In this document: positions 18,262 through 27,989 of the stretch, one piece after another
Position numbering within the stretch: the stretch's first letter is position 1
Layout of the letters: each line of letters opens with the position of its first letter
NCBI GenBank assembly: GCA_964537735.1
Contig: CAZICL010000006.1
Coordinates: 64,989 to 128,988 of the forward strand
DNA length: 64,000 nt
Reading direction: 5' to 3'
Source: an uncultured Rhizobium sp.
GTDB taxonomy: Bacteria > Pseudomonadota > Alphaproteobacteria > Rickettsiales > UBA1997
Made by a program: the position numbers and the translations under genes
Notes under the pieces: generated by a model
Seen by the model: only the letters and a program-made list of their open reading frames with translations
Database searches by the model: none
Told to the model about the DNA's origin: nothing

Positions 18262-20118
18262 ATGAAACCATCATCATTTCTTAGACGTAACGTTGGATTA
18301 TTGTCTCGTTATGCTCAACAAGCTGCCAATTCTAACCCTGTAACTAGAATTGTTAATCTGCCTGATGAAAGTTCGGTGATATATCAAGAAAAAGAGTATG
18401 AAGATTGGCGCTATACAGTAGGTATTTTATACAGAAAAAATGACTTTGGAAGTTTGGATCCGGTTTCTATCCCAGTCCAGCTTATGAATAATCCCGATGC
18501 AGTTATAAAACATCTCTCTGGTCAGAATCATAATTCTGCAACCAAGTATCAGTTACGGGAAGTATCTCCCAGGTTTGATCCTGTGGTTTTCTCAAAATTT
18601 ACCGAATTGTTAAATCCAGTAGTTGTTGAAAATTTAGGTTTGAACAGAGGTAAAGCTGATAATATTGATCTTTATAACCTGTGCATAAGCTCAAAATCGG
18701 AGACGTTGTCAGAAAGGGTCGTGCGCAATCGTAGTAAGCTTCTTGGACTATTCCCGCTTTTTCGTGATATAAAAGATTTTAGGCCGGAAATTTTACCTAG
18801 TTTTGATGAAGGAAATAACGAAAAGGCACTAAAAGAGTTTAGAAAATATTTGGGAATTCATGATGATCTGACTCAGCCTTCTGTTATAAAGCGTTGTAGC
18901 AATGCAAAATTCGCTCCTGATGCGAAGTTTTTTTGCAAGATGGTGAACTATGCTCTCGGTTTGCCACAAGGTGAAAAATTCAATAAAAAATCTTATGAAA
19001 AGTTAATTTCTAATATTCCAAATCCGCATGAAACTAGAGAGTATGAGGCGATGTGGGATGCTTTAAGAGATATTCAAAGATTAGAAGTTAGTGACGAGGT
19101 AAAATCATGTTTATTTCGCAATATTGAAAGAAATTGGATAAAAGATGCGGCAACACTTAATGAAGGATTTTCTGGGAAAGTATCTTTTCTAAGTGAAACT
19201 ATAGCCAATGATTTGTTGTTGCCGGCATATATTGCCCAGTTTAACAAAATGGAGAAGCAATCTGATTCTGGCAAAATTCCAGATTTGATGATTCTTTTTA
19301 ATAACGGATTTGTTGCAGATGTTCGAGCTGAGCTTGCAAAATTGGTGCAAGAAACAATCCTTTCTAATTCGAAGCCAAAAGAAATAGTTGAGTGTTATGA
19401 ACGTTTAGATCGCAGAGCTGGCGAGATTTTGGAATCAAAACCAATACTTAAAAAAAGGTTAGAAAGTACTAAAGATGATAATGCGGAATTTAAACCAGAA
19501 TGGCATGAATTATTCCCGCCGCAAACAGTTGAAATGCCTGACGGTTCTTATCATTTTAGATGTTTAAATAGTAGCGCTGAGTTAAATGCCTGGTCTAAAA
19601 AAATGAATAACTGTTTGCACACTTTTGATAGCAGATGTAGCGCTGGTGTTTGTCACATTATTTTAGGTGTTGATCCTGAGGGGCTTGAATTTGCTATACG
19701 TTTGAATCATCTTGCAGTTTCCGAGGTTGAAAATGCTAACGTAAAATCAGCTACGATTACTGCGCGCGAAGCAGCCGAGCACTTGTCCGTAGCGATAAAA
19801 GAAGGTAAAATAAAGTCTAATCCTAATAAAGGTGCTTTGGATTTTCATCGTACGATTGATGAAACTGTGGGTTTTGAAGTGCGTAACGAACAAGCTGTAC
19901 AAGAGGTTTACAACGTTTACCAAAATTCTAAAATTTTGCCCGAGTCTTTGCGGGGATTAAGTCGAGAAGATTTTTTACAACAAAGTGGTTTTGTAGAATT
20001 TTTTGCAAAAAGAAAATCTGATCACGTTGCGATGATTCACAAGAATCCTAGCACTGCAGTTCGCAAACCAAACATCAGCGCTGAGAAGAAAACCGATCTA
20101 AGACTGCTAAAAGACTAA
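18262..20118 (+). CDS. hypothetical 618-aa protein (orphan; weak PcfJ-like Cys/His patch near the C-terminus)
   Basis: It is a long uninterrupted ORF with no motif I can name confidently. The segment FRCLNSSAELNAWSKKMNNCLHTFDSRCSAGVCHIILGV resembles the PcfJ-like pattern L...EL..EG..M.HC. Confidence 0.6.
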   Translation: MKPSSFLRRNVGLLSRYAQQAANSNPVTRIVNLPDESSVIYQEKEYEDWRYTVGILYRKNDFGSLDPVSIPVQLMNNPDAVIKHLSGQNHNSATKYQLREVSPRFDPVVFSKFTELLNPVVVENLGLNRGKADNIDLYNLCISSKSETLSERVVRNRSKLLGLFPLFRDIKDFRPEILPSFDEGNNEKALKEFRKYLGIHDDLTQPSVIKRCSNAKFAPDAKFFCKMVNYALGLPQGEKFNKKSYEKLISNIPNPHETREYEAMWDALRDIQRLEVSDEVKSCLFRNIERNWIKDAATLNEGFSGKVSFLSETIANDLLLPAYIAQFNKMEKQSDSGKIPDLMILFNNGFVADVRAELAKLVQETILSNSKPKEIVECYERLDRRAGEILESKPILKKRLESTKDDNAEFKPEWHELFPPQTVEMPDGSYHFRCLNSSAELNAWSKKMNNCLHTFDSRCSAGVCHIILGVDPEGLEFAIRLNHLAVSEVENANVKSATITAREAAEHLSVAIKEGKIKSNPNKGALDFHRTIDETVGFEVRNEQAVQEVYNVYQNSKILPESLRGLSREDFLQQSGFVEFFAKRKSDHVAMIHKNPSTAVRKPNISAEKKTDLRLLKD

Positions 20119-20152
20119 GTTAGATGAGAGTATAAATATTTAGTTTGGTATA
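20109..20152. repeat. 44-bp repeat, copy 1 (aaaagacTaagttagaTgagagtataaataTttagtttggtata)
   Basis: 41 of 44 positions are identical to 60740-60783 in the same orientation. It overlaps the stop codon of the 618-aa orphan. Confidence 0.8.
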
Positions 20153-20272
20153 GTTAAGTTTGAGCATAAAAATAATTTAACCTTAAAGGGTAAGGTTCTG
20201 CTGGACAAAAATCGACTGGCAAATATTTTGCCGCCTCTTCTTTCCCCTCTTCTGCATGAATTTTTCAAAAAA

Positions 20273-20770
20273 ATGTTCGAACAAAAATCGATGCCGCGGA
20301 TTATTCTGTTGCATATAGTCGCGATTCTGCTGGTTATTTCTAATGTCTCCGACATCAGAATTGCCGGCCTCTCAGACCTTATTCCGCTTTTTGATTTGAT
20401 GGCGGTATTTTATTTTGCGGTATTCAAAAATATTTTCGGCATCTGGTTTGTTTTTTTGCTCGGTGTGTGGAATGACGCTTTAAACGGAAACCCTCTAGGA
20501 ACCACATCCATCTGTTACATCATTTTAATAAAATTCTTCCAGGTGCTGAATCAAAAATTGATGATCCGCGATAATTTTAAGCATATCTGGCAACAGTTTG
20601 TGGCTTTCTGTTTTTGTTTTTTGCTGATGAAATGGTTGATGCTGTCAGTGTTTAATGGTGAGTTTCATAGCGTTACAACTGTGTTGGTACAGTTTGTTTT
20701 GTCGTCGGTTCTTTATGTGGTGCTGCATAAATTTTTCGATTATCTCAGTGGAAAATTATTGGAGAATTAG
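20273..20770 (+). CDS. mreD: rod shape-determining protein MreD
   Basis: It is a polytopic membrane protein directly upstream of mrdA with an MreD-like core, FVFLLGVWNDALNGNPLGTTSICYI. The internal ATG at 20273 is preferred. Confidence 0.75.
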   Translation: MFEQKSMPRIILLHIVAILLVISNVSDIRIAGLSDLIPLFDLMAVFYFAVFKNIFGIWFVFLLGVWNDALNGNPLGTTSICYIILIKFFQVLNQKLMIRDNFKHIWQQFVAFCFCFLLMKWLMLSVFNGEFHSVTTVLVQFVLSSVLYVVLHKFFDYLSGKLLEN

Positions 20771-20778
20771 CTAAACGC

Positions 20779-22635
20779 ATGCTTCGCGATATTCGTAAAA
20801 ACAAGATTTTTAATCGTCGTGCATTATTTGTCGGTGCTGCGCAATCAGTGTTGGCAACAGCCTTGATTACGCGTTTAGGATATTTGCAGTTGGTGAAGAA
20901 TGAAGAATATGAGATAAAATCGGACAGCAACCGCATTAAACCGATGATAAATCCAGCGCCTCGCGGAATCATTATGGATCGTTTTGGTGAACCTTTAACC
21001 AAGAATGAAGGTAACTACCGTCTGCTTTTTTATTTCGAGAATAAAAAAAATACTGGCGAGCTGATCGATAAAATTTCTGCTATTCTTGATATTACGGATC
21101 AGCAAAAAAATCTTTTTCTCTCTAAAATCAAAAATGCCCGTCGCAAAAGTATCATTTCTTTAATGGATAACTTGTCGTGGGATGATGTAGCGCGCATAGA
21201 GACCAATTCACATCAACTTCCTGGCATTTCAATCGAAAGCGGCATTATCCGTCATTATCCCTATCCAGCCGAAACGGCGCATTTTCTGGGTTACGTCTCA
21301 CTTCCTTCCGAGAAAGAGATCGATGAAAATGAACAAAATCTCTTTATGCATCCTGATTTTCGTATTGGAAAATCAGGCATTGAGCGCACTTTTGACGAAG
21401 CTTTGCGTGGTAAATATGGTGTAAAATATGTCGAAGTGAACGCCCATGAAATTCCGATTCGCACTTTGTCAATCAAGCCGGCAGTTGAAGGTTCAAAGTT
21501 ACATCTGACCATTGATCTGCGTTTACAAAAATATGTCACAGATAGAATCAAGGATGAAGTGGCTTCGGTTGTGGTTATGGATGTAAAAACCGGCGAAATA
21601 CTGGCTTATGCCTCCAGCCCAAGCTTTGACCCCAATAATTTTGTTGAAGGGGTATCTAGGCAATATTGGAATGAGTTGAATACTGATCCGCGCAGACCAC
21701 TTAACAACAAGCCGATTGCTGCAATGTATCCTCCAGGTTCAACCTTCAAATTGATGGTGGCTTTGGCGGCTTTGGAAGCTGGCGTTAACCCCAATAGCAA
21801 GGTTTTTTGCAATGGACATTATCAATCAGGAAGAAGGATTTTTCATTGTTGGAAAGATGGTGGACATGGTGCGATGGATTTGGTCGATGCCATTAAAAAT
21901 TCCTGCAACGTTTATTTTTTCACTATGGCCAATCAGATTGGCTACGAAAAATTTACTGAAATGGCACGGCGTTTTGGTTATGGTGAAAAATTCGACATCA
22001 GCCTTTATGGCGCTAGGGCGGGCAGTGTTCCTTCAGATGCGTGGAAACGTCAGGTTTTTAAAACTCCTTGGGTGGGTGGAGATACTTTAAACACCGCTAT
22101 TGGACAAGGTTTTGTTTTGGCAACACCTTTGCAAATGGCATTGATTGCCGCGCGTATTGCTAATGGTGGGGTGCCGATTAAGCCTTATTTAGTGCGCAAC
22201 CACAACATTAATGAGCAATATGACGAGTTAAAAAATAGCCCGTTAGTGCCGCCAGAGCATTTGCGTTTGATTCAAGAGGGAATGTGGCGCGTTATGAATG
22301 AGCCAGGTGGCACAGCCTATGCTAAAAGAATCGCTGTTCCAGGTTTTGAGATGGCTGGTAAAACTGGCACTTCACAGGTGATTTCGAAGCGTGAAAAAGA
22401 AATGTCGAAAAGTGAAAGTGGTATTAATGAAAATCAAAACCACGCAATTTTTGTGGGATTTGCTCCAACACAAGATCCTAAATATGCTATTTCAATAGTT
22501 GTGGAACATGGCAAAAGTGGATCAATGGCAGCGGCTCCAATTGGTAAAGATATTATGACGGAAGTGCAGATATTAAATGATCAAAGTGGAGTGTTGCGTG
22601 AAGCTTTGATTAAAGCTGGTTCGCATCAGTTTTAA
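20779..22635 (+). CDS. mrdA: penicillin-binding protein 2 (elongasome transpeptidase)
   Basis: 618 aa. It has the motifs STFK (PPGSTFKLM), SCN (KNSCNVYF) and KTGT (AGKTGTSQV). Confidence 0.93.
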   Translation: MLRDIRKNKIFNRRALFVGAAQSVLATALITRLGYLQLVKNEEYEIKSDSNRIKPMINPAPRGIIMDRFGEPLTKNEGNYRLLFYFENKKNTGELIDKISAILDITDQQKNLFLSKIKNARRKSIISLMDNLSWDDVARIETNSHQLPGISIESGIIRHYPYPAETAHFLGYVSLPSEKEIDENEQNLFMHPDFRIGKSGIERTFDEALRGKYGVKYVEVNAHEIPIRTLSIKPAVEGSKLHLTIDLRLQKYVTDRIKDEVASVVVMDVKTGEILAYASSPSFDPNNFVEGVSRQYWNELNTDPRRPLNNKPIAAMYPPGSTFKLMVALAALEAGVNPNSKVFCNGHYQSGRRIFHCWKDGGHGAMDLVDAIKNSCNVYFFTMANQIGYEKFTEMARRFGYGEKFDISLYGARAGSVPSDAWKRQVFKTPWVGGDTLNTAIGQGFVLATPLQMALIAARIANGGVPIKPYLVRNHNINEQYDELKNSPLVPPEHLRLIQEGMWRVMNEPGGTAYAKRIAVPGFEMAGKTGTSQVISKREKEMSKSESGINENQNHAIFVGFAPTQDPKYAISIVVEHGKSGSMAAAPIGKDIMTEVQILNDQSGVLREALIKAGSHQF

Positions 22636-22825
22636 TCTTTGCTTGTCAATTAAATTGACCGAAACTATTTTCCGCGCTCCTTTCCGCAAGACCGGCTGTA
22701 AAGATGGTTTGCCGGTATAAAATTTCTTTCAATTTTTAGAAAATTTTAAAGGAATGTTGATCGATTGATTTCGAGTAATACCTCCTTTAGACGCGCTTCT
22801 GGCGCGGATTTTCAAGATTTACTAA

Positions 22826-24265
<1,440 letters not shown>

Positions 24266-24266
24266 T

Positions 24267-24515
24267 ATGAATTTGAATCTCGAAATCATCTCCGTTCAGG
24301 GCATTGTCTTTAAAGGACAATGCCACATGGCTGTGGTTCCTTCGGTTGAAGGTGATCTTGGCGTGATGTATGGTCATGAATCTGTGATTGCCAAGTTACG
24401 TGAAGGTCAAATCACTTTGTATGATGATAAACAAATCATCACTAAACAAATCGATGTAAAAGGTGGTCTGGCCGAGATGCATGGCGCTGAAAAGCTTTCT
24501 GTTTTAGTTGACTAG
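24267..24515 (+). CDS. atpC: F1 ATP synthase subunit epsilon, beta-sandwich domain only (82 aa)
   Basis: It lies immediately after atpD. It has the N-terminal domain pattern (VPSVEGDLGVMYGHESVIAKL...GGLAEM) and ends where the C-terminal helical hairpin normally begins. Confidence 0.85.
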   Translation: MNLNLEIISVQGIVFKGQCHMAVVPSVEGDLGVMYGHESVIAKLREGQITLYDDKQIITKQIDVKGGLAEMHGAEKLSVLVD

Positions 24516-24523
24516 TTTAAAGA

Positions 24524-24558
24524 AAGGGCTGGCACTGTTTAAGTGTCCAACCCTTTTA
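24524..24558 (+). terminator. imperfect hairpin plus T-run after atpC
   Basis: The sequence aagggctggcac-tgtttaa-gtgtccaaccctt has one mismatch and one bulge, and is followed by tt. Confidence 0.4.
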
Positions 24559-24569
24559 GAATAAAAAAA

Positions 24570-25595
24570 ATGACCATCGCTAAAATCGATTCCGTAAACA
24601 TCGCGTTGATGTTTCTCTCTGTTGCCCTGGCGCTGTTACTTCCCTTCGAACTTTTTCTGATTTCCTACGCTGTTCTTGGGCCACTGCATTATGTCACTGA
24701 GATTTCTTGGTTGCACAAAAAACAATATTTTATTCAAGGCAGAATAGATTGGTCTTTGCTGATTGTGATTTGTGTGATTGCAGCACTAGCTTTCTTGGCA
24801 ATCGAGCTAAGTTTTTACTATAAAAACAGTGCCCTGCTAACAAACTTCTTCGCTGACCACAACATAAACCAAGATAAGTTTTTCGCTGATCTTAGCTTGT
24901 GGCCTTCAACCTTAGTTTTTCTCTCTTTTGCTTCGGCTTATATCTTGACCTTTGTAAAAGATTGGTTCTGGCGTATAAACTCTTTTGCCGCCGCCATTTT
25001 TTTGGTGCTGCTGTTTCAAGGCACTTTTTCCTATATGGTGTTGTTTGGAATTTTGCTCACCACAATAATCCACGTTTGGCTTTTTACCGGCCTGTTTATG
25101 CTTTCTGGTGCCAGAAAAAGCAAAAATATGTCAGCCTATATTGCGGTGGCAGCTTTTGTTTTATGCTCGCTTAGTTTTATTTTTATTGTGCGTGATGGTT
25201 ACGCTTTAAGTGATAAAGCACTTGAAATAGTTGGTTTCAGTGGTCTGGGTTTAAATCAAACCTTGGCCCAGATGTTTGATCTATCAAGCGATAAAATCGA
25301 CCTGATTTATTCTTCCACCGGCCTAAAAATTCAGGCATTTATCGCCTTTGCCTACAGCTATCACTATCTTAACTGGTTCTCCAAAGTTGAGATCATCAAA
25401 TGGCATCAAGTGTCAAAAAAAGCTTTGATTATTTGCGCTTTAATATGGGTTGGATCAGTCGCCGCCTATGCTTACGACTATCATTTCGGCTTGATGCTGC
25501 TGTTCTTTTTAAGCGTGCTCCACGTTTTGCTAGAATTTCCGCTTAACTTGCGCTCGCTTGCAATCATCACCAAGCGCTCTAAGCCCAATTCTTGA
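24570..25595 (+). CDS. hypothetical polytopic inner-membrane protein
   Basis: It has roughly 9-10 hydrophobic segments and no recognisable family. The ATG at 24570 is preferred because the GTG at 24543 lies inside the atpC terminator stem. Confidence 0.6.
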   Translation: MTIAKIDSVNIALMFLSVALALLLPFELFLISYAVLGPLHYVTEISWLHKKQYFIQGRIDWSLLIVICVIAALAFLAIELSFYYKNSALLTNFFADHNINQDKFFADLSLWPSTLVFLSFASAYILTFVKDWFWRINSFAAAIFLVLLFQGTFSYMVLFGILLTTIIHVWLFTGLFMLSGARKSKNMSAYIAVAAFVLCSLSFIFIVRDGYALSDKALEIVGFSGLGLNQTLAQMFDLSSDKIDLIYSSTGLKIQAFIAFAYSYHYLNWFSKVEIIKWHQVSKKALIICALIWVGSVAAYAYDYHFGLMLLFFLSVLHVLLEFPLNLRSLAIITKRSKPNS

Positions 25596-25630
25596 ATATC
25601 TTAGCGAAGCGGAAAGTTGGCAGATTTTTA

Positions 25631-26701
25631 TCAAAGATGATGGTGACCTGTTTGTACAGAGGTCGCGGCAGCCAATGTGCTGGCTTCAGTTTCTGAAGTA
25701 CTGGGGGCGTTAGAAGGGGATTCTTTAAACCCAAATAACTTTTTCAACTCTTGATGTACTAGATCGCTTTCTTTCAAAGATAAGGTTAGAAAAGTCACGG
25801 GCTTCAAAAATTCATCAGGAGCGGGAAGATTTAAAGCTCTATGCATAGTCTGAACTTCCTTTGAAAGCATTTCTGTGGCAGAGGCATATTCTTGAGAGAA
25901 AGGATTATTCATTTTCGAAATAAGCGTCTGAATGGTAAAGAACTTATTCGCTGTTTTGAGAGTTTCTCCAGTCATTAAGGTGATGATTACCGAATTAGCT
26001 TTCTGTGTTGCTTCCTCAGATTCACCAAAACTATTGATCAGATTAGTTCTCAACTCTTTAAGCTTAGAGATTTTGGTTTCATTTAATGGTTCTGATATTT
26101 CTGGGTTTCTGAAGATTTGGTCATTGGTAGAAATAATGGCAAGAAATGTGGCAGTGTTTTTATTTCGAACTCTTGGATTGCTGTTTAACATTTTTTGCAG
26201 TTGCACTGGATCTGACGTGAGTTCGATTAGGCGATTTACGATTGAAAGATGTCCATTCCTGGCAGCATTTTCAAAGGCAGAGTCAGATATAGCATGGATC
26301 ATTCGTTGTTGTTGTTCTGGATCTAGTGTGAGTTCGATTAGGCGATTTACGATTTTAAGATGTCCATTCATGGCAGCCCTTGTAAAGGCAAAGTTACCTC
26401 CTGAATGGATAATTCGTTGTTGTTGCTCTGGATCTGGTGTGAGTTCGATTAGGCGATTTACGATTTCAAGATGTCCATTTATGGCAGCCAATCTAAAGGC
26501 ATGGCCACCTCTTGAATGGATCATTTGTTGCAGTTGCTGTAGATTTGGTGTGAGTTCGATTAGGCGATTTACGATTGCAAGATGTCCATTCTCGACAGCC
26601 TTTCTAAAGGCTTCATTGCGCAGATCATTCGTAATCATTTCTGCTGTGATTGCTTCTGGGTTGCCTGCTTTGATTAAAGTTTCTAAATGTTCTGTAAGCA
26701 T
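25631..26701 (-). CDS. ankyrin-like repeat protein (4 x 37-aa repeats) with a non-repetitive C-terminal half
   Basis: 356 aa. The repeated unit is NGHL.IVNRLIELTPDPEQQQR.IHS.G..AF..AA, where the helix-turn-helix G-H-L..V..L signature is Ank-like. Confidence 0.75.
   Translation of the reverse strand: MLTEHLETLIKAGNPEAITAEMITNDLRNEAFRKAVENGHLAIVNRLIELTPNLQQLQQMIHSRGGHAFRLAAINGHLEIVNRLIELTPDPEQQQRIIHSGGNFAFTRAAMNGHLKIVNRLIELTLDPEQQQRMIHAISDSAFENAARNGHLSIVNRLIELTSDPVQLQKMLNSNPRVRNKNTATFLAIISTNDQIFRNPEISEPLNETKISKLKELRTNLINSFGESEEATQKANSVIITLMTGETLKTANKFFTIQTLISKMNNPFSQEYASATEMLSKEVQTMHRALNLPAPDEFLKPVTFLTLSLKESDLVHQELKKLFGFKESPSNAPSTSETEASTLAAATSVQTGHHHL
26168..26611. repeat. 111-bp tandem repeat x4 (coding, inside the Ank-like gene)
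   Basis: The core gtgagttcgattaggcgatttacgatt recurs at 26217, 26328, 26439 and 26550, an exact 111-bp period. Confidence 0.9.
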
Positions 26702-26719
26702 TTTTGCTTTTTATTAATG

Positions 26720-27763
26720 TTAAAATATTTGTACTAAACCCTGATCAAGCAGCAGTTGATTTAGATAAATTCCGTCATCAGCGATTTTTTGTAGATCGGT
26801 TTCCTGATCATTTCGTGGCAGAAAAATATCGGCAACATAACGATTAAAAATATCAGTTTTGATGCTTTTTAAAATGAAGAAAGGTTGTTGGTTTAAAATC
26901 TCTGTCAAAGCCTCGGTGGCTTTTTTGCCGTCACTGCTTTTGCCTTCAGAAGCGTTGATTTTAGCAAGGCGAATAATCTCTTCGTGAAAAATTCCAAAAC
27001 CCAAATCAATATTGGCGTGCAGCGTGTCGCCATCAACCACACGTTTTAGATAGGCTTTGTAAGTGTGGATTTTTTGCACAGGAGTCGTTGATTTTTTGAC
27101 GACATATTCCTGATCTTTTTTAGTGACAAAAGCGATCGCGCCATCTTGTTTGGAATCGCGGGGCATCATCTCTTCCACCTCGCGAAAAATCTTAAAACCA
27201 CAATCAAAAAAATATTTTTCTGAACCTATAATCTTAGTGATTTTGTAAGTAAAAAGTTGGCCGCGAGCGGGGCTTATTTTTTTCTTGGTCAGTTTTCTAA
27301 GTGGCTTGGAGTTTTGATCGGAAGAGGCTTTAACATCAATAGCCGCCTGTTGCAAATCATCAGAACTCCACGAATTCTCACGTGTTAAATCTTCTAAATA
27401 TTTTCTCTCTTCAGCTTTCTTAATGCCGCTTAAAACGCGATAGTGACTCCAGTTTAAATTTGGATCGTCTTTAGGAAGTTTGGGATAGGTTTTGTAAAAA
27501 CTGTGCATTTTGTAGAGCACTTTTTTACTGATTAGAGTATCGCGCTCCAACTGTTCAACTAGCTTCTTGCCATATTGCTCGGCATTATTTTGGGGCAGAC
27601 TTTGATCAATGATTTTTCCGATTTGCCACGCCATCTCAACTTTCTTGCGGGTTATGGTTTGAATAATACTGCCCTGAGTTTGCTGAATCGAAAGCTGAAT
27701 CTCGCCCAAGATTTTTTTGTAATCAGCAGCAGAAATCGCCAAATCTTTTGTGTTATTTTTCAT
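26720..27763 (-). CDS. fusion protein: DUF1016 (YhcG) N-terminal helical domain plus C-terminal staphylococcal-nuclease (SNase/thermonuclease)-like domain
   Basis: 347 aa. The N-terminus (W.IGK.I....YGKK.V..L...L......L..M..FY..YP...LNWSHY..L) looks like DUF1016_N. The C-terminus (RVVDGDTLHANIDLGF...IRLAKINASE...FNRYVADIF) looks like an SNase fold. Confidence 0.7.
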   Translation of the reverse strand: MKNNTKDLAISAADYKKILGEIQLSIQQTQGSIIQTITRKKVEMAWQIGKIIDQSLPQNNAEQYGKKLVEQLERDTLISKKVLYKMHSFYKTYPKLPKDDPNLNWSHYRVLSGIKKAEERKYLEDLTRENSWSSDDLQQAAIDVKASSDQNSKPLRKLTKKKISPARGQLFTYKITKIIGSEKYFFDCGFKIFREVEEMMPRDSKQDGAIAFVTKKDQEYVVKKSTTPVQKIHTYKAYLKRVVDGDTLHANIDLGFGIFHEEIIRLAKINASEGKSSDGKKATEALTEILNQQPFFILKSIKTDIFNRYVADIFLPRNDQETDLQKIADDGIYLNQLLLDQGLVQIF

Positions 27764-27930
27764 GATTTTTCTCTCACTTTTAAAAAGATTGTCTCCGCGG
27801 CGGAGAAAATGTCATTTCTGCAAAACCTTCTGGCTGTTGACCTTATTCAAATCTCAGATTTTAAAACAAGGATTTCCATCACCATGGTTTCGAATTGTGA
27901 CAGAGAAAAAATAGCAATAAAAAAAGACAA

Positions 27931-27958
27931 TAAAAAAGGCGAGGTTTGTGGCCTCGCC
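27931..27958 (-). terminator. strong intrinsic terminator after dnaK
   Basis: On the minus strand, ggcgagg-ccacaaa-cctcgcc is followed by ttttttatt. Confidence 0.8.
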
Positions 27959-27989
27959 TTTCTTATTTTTTAGAACTGAAGTCGATGAC

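Noticed and set aside
26168-26611. Regularly spaced repeats that could be mistaken for a CRISPR array
   Set aside because: The period is 111 bp and the whole unit is repeated, with no unique spacers. The region is in frame and coding, and no cas genes or leader are present.
25932-26717. 261-aa ORF on the plus strand with its own internal repeats
   Set aside because: It is the antisense shadow of the Ank-like gene. Its repeats merely mirror the 111-bp tandem repeat. The minus-strand frame gives a recognisable Ank-like repeat protein..
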